This document shows, one piece after another, positions 27,474-36,555 of a DNA stretch of 64,000 nucleotides; the first letter of the stretch is position 1; every line of letters starts with the position of its first letter. The notes below the pieces were generated by a model. That model saw only the letters and a list, made by a program, of their open reading frames with translations. It searched no databases and was not told the origin of the DNA. The stretch is from a virus (Duplodnaviria; Caudoviricetes). The position numbers and the translations under genes were made by a program. The DNA lies in IMG/VR virus record IMGVR_UViG_3300035101_000015, positions 32,001-96,000 of that record. One strand, 5' to 3'.

Positions 27474-28598
27474 CTAGAACTGGACGACCTGCGGGAACTT
27501 CAGTCCCTGGTCGACACGGTTGTTGACCGCTCCGAGGTCCTCCTCCGCCTTCGGGATGAAGTTGGCGAGGAGGCCGTCCGCGTCGGTGCTCGGGTTGGCG
27601 TCGCCGCCGTAGAGCTCCATCTTGCGCACGGAGGCGATGTTGGCGATGAGCATCGAGATGTCCTCCCACGCCTGGAACGAAATCAAGTTCGCCACCTTGT
27701 CGATGTAGAACTTGGTGTTGTTCAGGATGTAGAACTTCCCGAGGAACTCCGGCCGGGTGAAGACGTACACGTTGCCGGGACGGAGGATGTCCGTCTTGAT
27801 GGTGCGGATGTACGCGCGACCCAGGAGGGTGTTGTACTTGTAGCCGTCGACCGTGGTCTCCGACTGGATGCGGTCGCCGTTGTCGTCCACCGTCCACTGC
27901 AGGACATCGTCGTAGTCGACCTCGGTCATCAGCAGGCGCTCGGCCCGCAGACGATTGCCGTCCAGCATCTTGAACAGGTTGACGATGTCCGGCCGTTGGA
28001 TGGGCCGAACGACCGCGTCGTCCGCACCGCCGGCGCCGCGAGCGAGCTCACCCTTGCGGATGGAGAACTCGACCGTGGTCCCGATGGCCGTGTTGTTGAG
28101 GGCGGTGGGGGTGCCACCGTTGGCCTCGGTCTGGAGCGCCTGCACCGCTGCCTCGATGTGCAGCAAGAACTCGCGGTCCTCGATTTCCTGGATGTCCTTC
28201 ACCGAGTTCTCCTCGATGATTTTCGTGATGGGCATCTCGTAGGCGAGGAGCTCCTGCTCGGTCTTCTGGAAGATTTCCGAGCTGATGGTGAAGAAGGCCG
28301 CCTCGGCGCGCTCACCTCGGATGAACCGGGTGGTGGGCTGGCCTCGGAAGCTGATGGCCATCGCGCGAGACTTCGGCTCGATGTCCACAATCTTCACCAG
28401 GGTGTCGTGGTTGGTGGAGCGCTGGCAATCCGTACGGGTCACCTGCTCCGGTGGCAGAACCTTACGCGCGAAGCTCACCTCGCGCAGACGGTCCCGAATG
28501 TACGAGCCTCCGTACTGTGCGAGCTTCTCCTTGCCCTCAGCCGAGTTCAGCTTCGTGGCGAAGGCATCGTTGAGCATGCGCGGCGAAATGGCACTCAT
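27474..28598 (-). CDS. Major capsid protein
   Basis: 374 aa; IRDRLREVSFARKVLPP and KDIQEIEDREFL resemble HK97-fold MCP segments; strong RBS, strongly C/G-ending codons, follows a decoration-like gene, own terminator. Confidence 0.8.
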   Translation of the reverse strand: MSAISPRMLNDAFATKLNSAEGKEKLAQYGGSYIRDRLREVSFARKVLPPEQVTRTDCQRSTNHDTLVKIVDIEPKSRAMAISFRGQPTTRFIRGERAEAAFFTISSEIFQKTEQELLAYEMPITKIIEENSVKDIQEIEDREFLLHIEAAVQALQTEANGGTPTALNNTAIGTTVEFSIRKGELARGAGGADDAVVRPIQRPDIVNLFKMLDGNRLRAERLLMTEVDYDDVLQWTVDDNGDRIQSETTVDGYKYNTLLGRAYIRTIKTDILRPGNVYVFTRPEFLGKFYILNNTKFYIDKVANLISFQAWEDISMLIANIASVRKMELYGGDANPSTDADGLLANFIPKAEEDLGAVNNRVDQGLKFPQVVQF

Positions 28599-28651
28599 CT
28601 TGAGTCTCCTTGTTCCTGTCCTTGGTCTACTGGCTCTTGGTCAGGCTCACC

Positions 28652-29167
28652 CTAGTAGAGCGTGCCGCCGCGAATCCTGAGTTTGCCGCCGTTGCTGGCC
28701 GGGAGGCGGGTGATGAAGCCCACCGTGATGCCCGTGAGCGGGGTCGCGATGGTGCCGTTGTTGACCAGGCCGGCGTAAATCTTCGTCCCGGCGCCGCCCG
28801 GCTGGATGGAGCTGACCGAGACCAGACCCCCGTGGGTCATGCTGGTCGAGTCGTAGATGCGGGTATCGAACTCCCACGCGCCCAGCCACAGGACGGCGCC
28901 CTTGCGCTCTGCCTGGGCCTGGACATCGTACCGCCCCTTCTCCATCCAGTAGGGGTAGCTGTGTCCAGTCGCAGCGTTGCCAGCGGCTGCGATGTCCGCC
29001 GCTCGCTGCATCTTGTAGGCGCTCGTGATTTCCATCCATTCGCCGTCCACCAGCGCCTCCGCGTTGTACGGGTCGGCAATGGTGGGGTCGACGAGAGGGA
29101 AGTCCCTGGTCTGGATGTGCATCACGTTCGAGACGGGCTCGAAGTTGACTTTCTGCACAGTGCTCAT
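28652..29167 (-). CDS. Putative capsid decoration / cement protein
   Basis: Small beta-rich protein immediately upstream of the MCP; strong RBS. Confidence 0.6.
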   Translation of the reverse strand: MSTVQKVNFEPVSNVMHIQTRDFPLVDPTIADPYNAEALVDGEWMEITSAYKMQRAADIAAAGNAATGHSYPYWMEKGRYDVQAQAERKGAVLWLGAWEFDTRIYDSTSMTHGGLVSVSSIQPGGAGTKIYAGLVNNGTIATPLTGITVGFITRLPASNGGKLRIRGGTLY

Positions 29168-29206
29168 GATTCCAGTTCTCCTTCAGTCCAACAGGCTTGG
29201 CCTCTC

Positions 29207-29593
29207 TCAGCCGATGCTGCCGAGGAGGTAGCGTGTGAGGTCATCCTCTCCCGCACCAACCGGCGTGTCGTGATGAATACTGGCGGTCTTGAAACTCATG
29301 TCCGGGCCAACCATGTCCACCGCCTCTTCGATGGTTGGCAACTTGCCTTCCTGCGCTGCCTTCTCGAGGTCGGCAACTAGGGAGGGGAACTCGACGTCGG
29401 TGCGCAGGCCCTTCTGGTGCATCATGGCCGCGACCTTTTCGGCGTGTGTGCGCCGTTCGTACGCTGCAACCTTGAGCTGCAGCTCGGCCACCTTGGTGAG
29501 CGCCGAGTTGCGCTCGTTGGTGACTTGCCGCAGGGCCACAGCCGAGTCGGCGAGGACCTGAGCGACCTTCTTCTGGTACTCTTCGTTCTTCAT
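29207..29593 (-). CDS. Putative scaffold-like coiled-coil protein
   Basis: Coiled coil with six K-x-A motifs, upstream of the decoration and MCP genes. Confidence 0.5.
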   Translation of the reverse strand: MKNEEYQKKVAQVLADSAVALRQVTNERNSALTKVAELQLKVAAYERRTHAEKVAAMMHQKGLRTDVEFPSLVADLEKAAQEGKLPTIEEAVDMVGPDMSFKTASIHHDTPVGAGEDDLTRYLLGSIG

Positions 29594-29601
29594 CGCTGGC
29601 C

Positions 29602-31011
29602 TCACATTCCGCCTGCGCCAGCACCACCCATGGTGGCAGCGCTCATGCCCGTCTGCCCCTGCGGGGTGGACAGGGCCGGGTTGACCTGAGAGTTCTTCTC
29701 CTTCTTGGCCTTCTTCTTCTCGGCCTCCGCCTCTTCAGCGAGCTTCAGGAGAAGCGCGTGTGCCGCAGCCGTCTTGGTCAGCTTCGACGACGGGGACTCG
29801 GCCGAGGCAATCTTGGCGCCGGCCTCGTTGGTGTGAGTCCATGCCTTCTGCAGCACGGAGTCGTGCGCCGCTGACAGCGCCGGCTCGTCGATGACCTTGC
29901 CCAGGTCCTTCTTCGGGTCGGCCTTGGCCTGGCGCTTGGTGTAGTCGATGGCTGCCTGGTTGGTGGCAATCATCTGCTTCTGGCTCTTGACGTCGCTCGG
30001 CTCGGGCGGGATGGGTCCCTCCTGAGCAGCACTCGCGCCGTCGGGAGCGTCAGCACCCTGCGCACTGGCCTGTCCACCCGAAATCTGGGCGGGGTTGATG
30101 GCGTCCTCGGCCATCTTGGCCAAGAGCTCCATGTTCTTCTGGGCGAGAGCAGCCGTCTTGGCTTCCTCACCCTGGGCCATGCCGGAGAGCTCAAGCAGGT
30201 GCTGGAGGTTGGCCTCGGCCTGCTTCTGAGCAGCGTTGGACGCGTGCTCATTGCCCATCGGGTCGACCGGCTGCTCCGGGTGCTGCATCTCCAGGTTGTC
30301 GTCCATGACGTTGGCCGGACCCTTGCTGTCCGGGAACGAACGCATGGTCGGGTCCTTCTTGGGGACGTCCTTGGAGATGGCCTGGCCACTCTGGCCAGCC
30401 TCCATGACACCGTCACCCTCGGCCTTCGCCTCGAGGACCTCCATGACCTGTCCTGCGCCTTGGCCGGGTCCCACACCAGGGGACGCCACACCGGCACTGC
30501 CGGGGTCGGCCGCTTCCTTCGCGAGGTGCTCGAGCGCACTGGCGTACTTCTCGATGACCTCGTCAGGCAGAACGGCCGACTGCTCGACGGCTGCCGTCTT
30601 CGTCTGCTCCTGAGGGGTCACGGGGTGGCCAAGCTGCCGAGCTGCCTCAGCGGTGATGTCGACCTTGCTGAGCGTGCCCGCCATGGCTTCCTTGACCAGG
30701 TCGTGCATCGTCGGTCGCGTCATCATCCTTGCCATCGAAATCTCCTTGTGAGCCACCTTCGCGGGTAGGAACTCCATCCCCCTAGGTGGCGACGCCTTGG
30801 CTTGAGCTCCCACCGACGGGACCGGCGGAGCTCCGGTGTTCACACGGGAGTAGGTGGTGCGGGGAGCCAGCCCCTTGGGTCCCGTCTGCCCTGGAGCTGG
30901 CTTGTTGTCCACGACGACCGGAGTCGTCCCCGCAGGCGGAGTGGCAGCAGCCTCGGACTTCACCGAGTCGGGAAGGGCTGAGCCCTGGGCTGCTGCCTGC
31001 TTGCGCCACAT
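29602..31011 (-). CDS. Low-complexity K-x-A protein (scaffold / internal head protein)
   Basis: Many K-x-A motifs (KQAA, KTAA, KEAA, KMAE, KIAS, KLAE). Confidence 0.55.
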   Translation of the reverse strand: MWRKQAAAQGSALPDSVKSEAAATPPAGTTPVVVDNKPAPGQTGPKGLAPRTTYSRVNTGAPPVPSVGAQAKASPPRGMEFLPAKVAHKEISMARMMTRPTMHDLVKEAMAGTLSKVDITAEAARQLGHPVTPQEQTKTAAVEQSAVLPDEVIEKYASALEHLAKEAADPGSAGVASPGVGPGQGAGQVMEVLEAKAEGDGVMEAGQSGQAISKDVPKKDPTMRSFPDSKGPANVMDDNLEMQHPEQPVDPMGNEHASNAAQKQAEANLQHLLELSGMAQGEEAKTAALAQKNMELLAKMAEDAINPAQISGGQASAQGADAPDGASAAQEGPIPPEPSDVKSQKQMIATNQAAIDYTKRQAKADPKKDLGKVIDEPALSAAHDSVLQKAWTHTNEAGAKIASAESPSSKLTKTAAAHALLLKLAEEAEAEKKKAKKEKNSQVNPALSTPQGQTGMSAATMGGAGAGGM

Positions 31012-31026
31012 CGACGTCCTTGAGGT

Positions 31027-31986
31027 CTACTCGGCCTCTTCCTCCTCGCCGGTTCCGAACACCGAGTCCCAGTTCACGTCGTAGCCGCACTTCTCGAGCA
31101 GCTCGAGCCCGCGCACCTGGATGGCGTCGTTGGTGTCCTCGACGAACGCAATCTTCTCGCTCTCGCCGGGTCCTTCAGTCAGGACATTCTCGAGCAGTTC
31201 GATGCACTCGTCGGTGTCCCAGCCGCCCGCCTCGGCAATCTTCACCGCCTCTTCAGCCGCCAGCATGTCGAGTTGAGAGACCGAGCTCTCCTTCTTCAGG
31301 GCCTTGGCTGCGCCAGCCGCGCCGGCCGCGCCACCGAGAGCACCCGCTGCCAGAGCAGCACGTCCCACGGTCCGCTTGGTGCCCGCCGTACCCTTCAGGT
31401 TCTTCTTGAGCAGTCCGGTCTTCTTGCCAGCCTTGCTCGCGGCGCCCATCAGACGCTCGCCGACACCCTTGGAGAAGCCCTTCTCCGCACGACCGACCTG
31501 CTTGGCCTTCTTGGCAGCCGCACCGTAGAGCTTCTTGGCACCCTTCTGCACGGCCTCCATGCGACCAGCGGCCTCCTTGGCCTGGTCGATTTCCTGCAGC
31601 TCGTTGACGAACGCGTGCGCCATGGTCCGGCCCATGATGTCGGCCTCGGCGAACTTGGCGGCGGCTTCCTTGGCAGCCGCATGCTCAGACTCGGCGGCCT
31701 CTAGCTGCGACTCCTTCTCCTTCTCCTCTTCGTCCTCGCCCTTCTCCTTCTCCTTGGACTCGGAGGCTTCATGCTCCTCGCTCTCGTCCTCACCCTCTTC
31801 CTGAGCGAGCTTGCCGAAGGTCTCGGCGTACAGAGAGCTGACCTGCTCCGGCTGGAGCGTGGTGAGGTCGATGCCGTTGTCAGCGGCGAGCTTCGCGAAG
31901 AGCTCGAGCTCCGCCACCTTCTCCTGGGCTTCCTCGGCTTGGGTGCCGGTGCCGTACATCTCGGCGAGCCACTGATTCATTGCCAT
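31027..31986 (-). CDS. Acidic/cationic modular K-x-A protein (scaffold / internal head protein)
   Basis: Acidic blocks flank a Lys/Gly/Ala-rich block bounded by KEAA and KESS. Confidence 0.55.
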   Translation of the reverse strand: MAMNQWLAEMYGTGTQAEEAQEKVAELELFAKLAADNGIDLTTLQPEQVSSLYAETFGKLAQEEGEDESEEHEASESKEKEKGEDEEEKEKESQLEAAESEHAAAKEAAAKFAEADIMGRTMAHAFVNELQEIDQAKEAAGRMEAVQKGAKKLYGAAAKKAKQVGRAEKGFSKGVGERLMGAASKAGKKTGLLKKNLKGTAGTKRTVGRAALAAGALGGAAGAAGAAKALKKESSVSQLDMLAAEEAVKIAEAGGWDTDECIELLENVLTEGPGESEKIAFVEDTNDAIQVRGLELLEKCGYDVNWDSVFGTGEEEEAE

Positions 31987-32025
31987 GGGTGTTCTCCCTT
32001 GATTCGTGTTGGTCGGTGTCGTGCC

Positions 32026-33762
32026 TCACATCCACGTGTTCTTGGAGGGGGAACCCCTCTTCACGCTGGCAACTGACTGGATACTCGGTTCTACCACCTC
32101 GGAAGCCGTATCAGCAAACGGCAGCTCATCGAGGTACGCCGTCCTCAAGTAGCTGAACGACAGAGGTGTGAAGACTTCGTCTGCAGAGGAGGCAGCGAGC
32201 TTTGCAATCCCTTCGTCGGTTGGTGCCGCCTTGGGGAGCATGTCTTGAGCGCTTGCCACCATCTCCATCAGAGCTGTCCGATACCCGTTGTACGCAACCC
32301 CAATCTTACGTAGGTCTTCGGAACTATGGGAAGTGGGTGGTTCATCACTTCCCTTCTCGGTGATGATGATGCGCTTCTCTACGAAAGGACCGAGTCCTGA
32401 ACGACCCTGGAGAAGCGGCATGAGGAGGCGCGCCAAAGAGGGCATGAAACTCGAGGAATCGAGCGCACACGCCTGACTTTCCTCCACTTTCGGGAACACC
32501 TTGTTGGCCGCTGCCAGCTCATTCGCCAGGTCCTTCTTGCCCAGACGGATGAGGGTGATGCGCTGGAACTCCTTGGGCTTCAACACGATACCCATGCTGG
32601 CCGTTGTACCAAGCGCCTTCTCCTCAGGCACCGAGGCCAGGGCGTTGATGGCGCTCTCCGGGAGGTCCTTCTCGGTCTTCGTCAGCAGAGGTACAGCCTT
32701 CCCTGCGAACTGTGAGGGGATGACGTCCTTCTTGATTTCACCCTGCTTGTCCTCTGCCGACTTGATGCCGAACGCCTTCTTCAGCATGTCGTCAGGCACA
32801 CTCGCAACCTTGGCTGCGGTGTCCATATCCATCTCGCCGGCGCAGTAGACCGAGGCAACTTTCTCCCCTGCCTCAGCACTGGGGATGTAGCGCGTGTCCC
32901 CTTGCCTCACGATGAATACCATCACCTTGGCGGTGCGGTCAGCGCCGATGAAGACGAAGCTGATGTCGAAGAAGCGTGGGTAGGGATTGTAGACGAAGAC
33001 CTTCCTGCCGTCGGGCAGGATGCGGTTCATGTGGTTCTTCGTCCACTCATCGTAGTCGTTGCGGGTGATGCTGAGACCACGAATGCCAACACCATCCTTG
33101 GCCCTGAGCTCCTTGTGAAACTTGACTATGGCCAGACCCGGATAGGCGAACTTCTTCGGGTCGAAGGTCTTCATCGCCTCCTGATAGAGCTTCCAGTCGG
33201 TGGTGATTGAACTCAGGTCGTAGCAGACCTTCGAGCCCATGGAGACGTCTGGGTACTGCCCGAGCTTGAGCTTGTCCCACACGGGCACGCCACCGAACTT
33301 CACGCACTTGTCGTGGTCGACTCGGCAGACGAGCTCGACGCGCTTCATCCCCTCATTCCACACCGCAAGTTCAACCTGACCGTAGGCTCGGCTTGGGTCC
33401 TTGTTACGATGGTGTGCGTAGGGGTACGCATTGTAGAAGGTCGGGTAGCCGTAGGTCCACTTCTGACCAAGCGGGCGGTCGACTAGCGGATTGCCGGACC
33501 ATCCCGGAGGTGTGTGGATGAGCCCCGCCTCCTCGAAGTGGTCTCCGTTGATGTTGCTGCCGTAGTACTCACCCGCACCCATGGCGTTGACGAGAACGTA
33601 TTGGCAACCAGGCTTCGGCTTGAGGTTGGCGATGTACTGCAGCACCTCAGGAAGCAGGTTGACCGATGCCGTCTTCTCGAAATACGAGTCGGCAGGGCCG
33701 AAGAGTGGCACGGCAGACAAGCCGTGCTCACTCTCTGAGAGGAAGGTGCTGAGCTTGTACAT
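32026..33762 (-). CDS. Prohead maturation protease (HK97/assemblin-type)
   Basis: AHHRNK (His), DVSMG (Ser) and FFDISFVFIGADRTA, matching the caudoviral prohead serine protease pattern; lies in the head operon. Confidence 0.7.
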   Translation of the reverse strand: MYKLSTFLSESEHGLSAVPLFGPADSYFEKTASVNLLPEVLQYIANLKPKPGCQYVLVNAMGAGEYYGSNINGDHFEEAGLIHTPPGWSGNPLVDRPLGQKWTYGYPTFYNAYPYAHHRNKDPSRAYGQVELAVWNEGMKRVELVCRVDHDKCVKFGGVPVWDKLKLGQYPDVSMGSKVCYDLSSITTDWKLYQEAMKTFDPKKFAYPGLAIVKFHKELRAKDGVGIRGLSITRNDYDEWTKNHMNRILPDGRKVFVYNPYPRFFDISFVFIGADRTAKVMVFIVRQGDTRYIPSAEAGEKVASVYCAGEMDMDTAAKVASVPDDMLKKAFGIKSAEDKQGEIKKDVIPSQFAGKAVPLLTKTEKDLPESAINALASVPEEKALGTTASMGIVLKPKEFQRITLIRLGKKDLANELAAANKVFPKVEESQACALDSSSFMPSLARLLMPLLQGRSGLGPFVEKRIIITEKGSDEPPTSHSSEDLRKIGVAYNGYRTALMEMVASAQDMLPKAAPTDEGIAKLAASSADEVFTPLSFSYLRTAYLDELPFADTASEVVEPSIQSVASVKRGSPSKNTWM

Positions 33763-33764
33763 GC

Positions 33765-34295
33765 TCAGAGGTTCCGGCGGTACCTCACAGGGCCGAACTC
33801 ACCCTCGATGCCGAAACCACTAGGCTGGGCCTGCGGTGGCTTCATGGTGCTCATGAGGATGGTGCCGGCAGTCTCCGGGCTCTCCATCATGCGGCGCATG
33901 AGTGAACCAGATACGACAGGGTCTTTGCCGTAGGCCGGGTTGATGCTACGCATGGAGTCGTAGGCGGTGTTGAAGAACTTCGGGTTGCTCTTCTGCTGTG
34001 CTCCCAGGTCTGGGTTCGCTTCCAGCATGGCAGTGAACTGCCGTCGCTTGCTCGCGGCACCCATGAGCTTCTGGGCTCCGACACCCACACCAGCCACACC
34101 AGCAGCGCCGAGAGCGCCGGCCGCACCCATCGCCACGTTCTCCCCAATCTTCCCGCCGGAGCCCTTGAGGCCACCCCAAATGCTCTTCATGAAGCTGGGG
34201 TCCGCTGCCTTCCTCCCACCCCGTGCAGCAGCACCAAGCAGCTTCCCGAAGAACGCTTCCTTGGTCTGCAGTGCATCATCAAGAGGGCTGGTCAT
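33765..34295 (-). CDS. K-x-A / glycine-zipper protein
   Basis: MTSPLDDALQTKEA then FFGKLLGAAARGGRK and GAAGALGAAGVAGVGVG. Confidence 0.55.
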   Translation of the reverse strand: MTSPLDDALQTKEAFFGKLLGAAARGGRKAADPSFMKSIWGGLKGSGGKIGENVAMGAAGALGAAGVAGVGVGAQKLMGAASKRRQFTAMLEANPDLGAQQKSNPKFFNTAYDSMRSINPAYGKDPVVSGSLMRRMMESPETAGTILMSTMKPPQAQPSGFGIEGEFGPVRYRRNL

Positions 34296-35800
34296 CAGTA
34301 CGCTCCCATTTGAAGTTGCTGCCTGCGAATCATCCCTTGGTGCGTGTACGGGACCTGTGACATCGCGTAGTTCTTGATTTGCTGGTAGGTGGGGCTGTAG
34401 CGCATACGGTCGCTGAGTTCCTTCGCTCCCAGCGCACCGGCGCCAACCGCCACGGCAGTCGGTGCCAGCCTGCCTGCTGTCGCCATACGCTGCGCCCCCT
34501 TGGACCCAGCGCCGAACAGAACCTCGCCAGTCTCCTGGCCTGCCTTGCCGGTGTACTTACCGGCTGTCTGCAGCGCCTGCCGAACTTTTGGGACAAGTCC
34601 GCCCGTCGCCTTGAGCTTCTGAAACAACGCCAGCTTCTGCAGGAACCCGTCGAGCTCGTCACGATGAGTGATGAGTTCCTCCTGTGCCGCATGAACCTCC
34701 GCCAGCTTGTCGAGCGTGGTGCAGTAGGCCGCCATGGAACCCACCAACGGGTGCTTGGGGTTGACGAATCCCTGATGTGCAGTCTTCTCGAGAGACCCAC
34801 CAACAGCATCCACCGATGGGAACACACCATCCTCGACGAGTCGTGGGCCGATGTGAGCGAAGGCGGTCTTCACGTAGTCCGCATCGGTGATGACCTGCTG
34901 CCACGCGGCGAGAATCTGCCCGAGCTCGACGCCATCCATCGCAGCCTGCTTGACCTGCTGGTAGACGTCATCCAGGCACTCCCGGAACTGGTTCTCCAGG
35001 GAGAACAGGTCGCTGGTGAGATGCTCGGCCGCGCCCGCCAGCTTGTCCCGAAGCTCGGTGGCATCACCGGTTGGGTTGGCATGGGGGTACGGTTCATCCT
35101 TGGCGTCGAATGCCTCCCGGAGCATGGTCTCCTCCGGGTCGAAGTCCAAGGCGGAGCCGTGCTTCACCACCACTGGCTGCTTACCAGTCATGGCTGAGAG
35201 CATCTTGACCTGCATCGCCTTCTGCTTCTGACCGAATGGGTCGAAGCCAGCCGAGCCGTAGCCTGGCAGCGAGTAGGACTTCATGACGTCGCCCTGCATG
35301 TCCTGAGCGATGTCCATCATCGTCGGACCACCGACGCGCACCTGTGCGGCCTTCTCGAGCTCGGCGTGTGCACTCAGGGCGTCATGAACCACTGCCAGGT
35401 TCCGGTCCAGCACCTCGGAGGTCTTGGCCTGCGGCGGAGGCAGTGAGTAATCGGCGAGCCCACGGTCGAAGACCGTGCCGCCACCACCGTCATTGAGGTC
35501 CCGAAGTACATCCGCCGGGTCGGCGGGTCCTCCATGGAACTCGATGTACTTGTGACTCGAGCCCTCCTTGTTGAACTCGGTCAGGTAGGCATTGGTGTTC
35601 GCAAACTCGATGACTCGACGCACCTGCTCGGGGCTGAGCCCGGCGTGCTTGACCGTTTCGACGACTGCGTCACTGAGCGTCTCGGACTGGCCATCGACGT
35701 AGCGCTTGGACGCGCATTTGCCGAGAACCTCGAGCTCCTCGCCCGTCTTCGGAACGGCGTGCTGCTGCTGAAGCAGCGTAACGGAAGGGAGGTCGTGCAT
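34295..35800 (-). CDS. Head-region K-x-A protein
   Basis: LSPEQVRRVIEFANTNAYL N-terminal domain; multiple K-x-A motifs; cationic C-terminal peptide after QKLA. Confidence 0.55.
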   Translation of the reverse strand: MHDLPSVTLLQQQHAVPKTGEELEVLGKCASKRYVDGQSETLSDAVVETVKHAGLSPEQVRRVIEFANTNAYLTEFNKEGSSHKYIEFHGGPADPADVLRDLNDGGGGTVFDRGLADYSLPPPQAKTSEVLDRNLAVVHDALSAHAELEKAAQVRVGGPTMMDIAQDMQGDVMKSYSLPGYGSAGFDPFGQKQKAMQVKMLSAMTGKQPVVVKHGSALDFDPEETMLREAFDAKDEPYPHANPTGDATELRDKLAGAAEHLTSDLFSLENQFRECLDDVYQQVKQAAMDGVELGQILAAWQQVITDADYVKTAFAHIGPRLVEDGVFPSVDAVGGSLEKTAHQGFVNPKHPLVGSMAAYCTTLDKLAEVHAAQEELITHRDELDGFLQKLALFQKLKATGGLVPKVRQALQTAGKYTGKAGQETGEVLFGAGSKGAQRMATAGRLAPTAVAVGAGALGAKELSDRMRYSPTYQQIKNYAMSQVPYTHQGMIRRQQLQMGAY

Positions 35801-35835
35801 CGGAAACCCTTTCAGTTGTCCTCTACAGAAGTACC

Positions 35836-36555
35836 ATGTACCTATTGAGCATGGGAAGCGAGGACCTGGTCAGCCGCAAGGAGGCCGCAGCCATCTTGGG
35901 CACCACCGTCAAGATGGTAACCTACTGGACAGACAAGGAAATCCTCAAGGCCCACCCAGTCGACGGGGACCCACTCGGTAGGCTCATGTACGACCGAGAG
36001 GAAGTGGCGGCCCTAGCCGAAGCGCATGAGCGTGGAGAGAAGCTCTCCGACGTTGCCATGACCGCCAAGGTAGCCTATGCCTCCGCGCGTGTAGCACAGA
36101 GGAAGGCGGACATGCTAATGCGTGCGTTTGGGTACGGTCCGTCGCTGAGCACGGACCCAGAGTCCGTGCGCGCTCTGCACCTCGAGGCGGAGGAGGATTG
36201 CAAGCGGGTCATCAACGGTGAGGAGCGAGTCAGCTACTGGGCTGACAAGTTCTTCGGCATCTGCGACATCTACATGGAGCATGTAGCTGAAGTGATGAAG
36301 ACCGAGGAGCCATGGGAGCCCTACCTCACCCTGATGAGGCGACTCGCCAAGAATGCCGATTACGATGAGGCCGCCCACAACCCACTGCTGCGGCACGCCT
36401 ACCACCAGTTGACAGCATCCAGAGCTGCATTCCGGCAATCCTTCTTCACCTACCTCAGTGCCAAATTCGGAGTTAGAAAAGCGAGGAAGGCATTCCCTCA
36501 GGAGTTCGGCGGTGAGATGTACCGCATCATGCGCTACGCGGTGACGAACCGCTAG
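35836..36555 (+). CDS. HTH DNA-binding protein (MerR/excisionase-like N-terminus)
   Basis: VSRKEAAAILGTTVKMVTYW...L...RLMYDREEV. Confidence 0.7.
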   Translation: MYLLSMGSEDLVSRKEAAAILGTTVKMVTYWTDKEILKAHPVDGDPLGRLMYDREEVAALAEAHERGEKLSDVAMTAKVAYASARVAQRKADMLMRAFGYGPSLSTDPESVRALHLEAEEDCKRVINGEERVSYWADKFFGICDIYMEHVAEVMKTEEPWEPYLTLMRRLAKNADYDEAAHNPLLRHAYHQLTASRAAFRQSFFTYLSAKFGVRKARKAFPQEFGGEMYRIMRYAVTNR

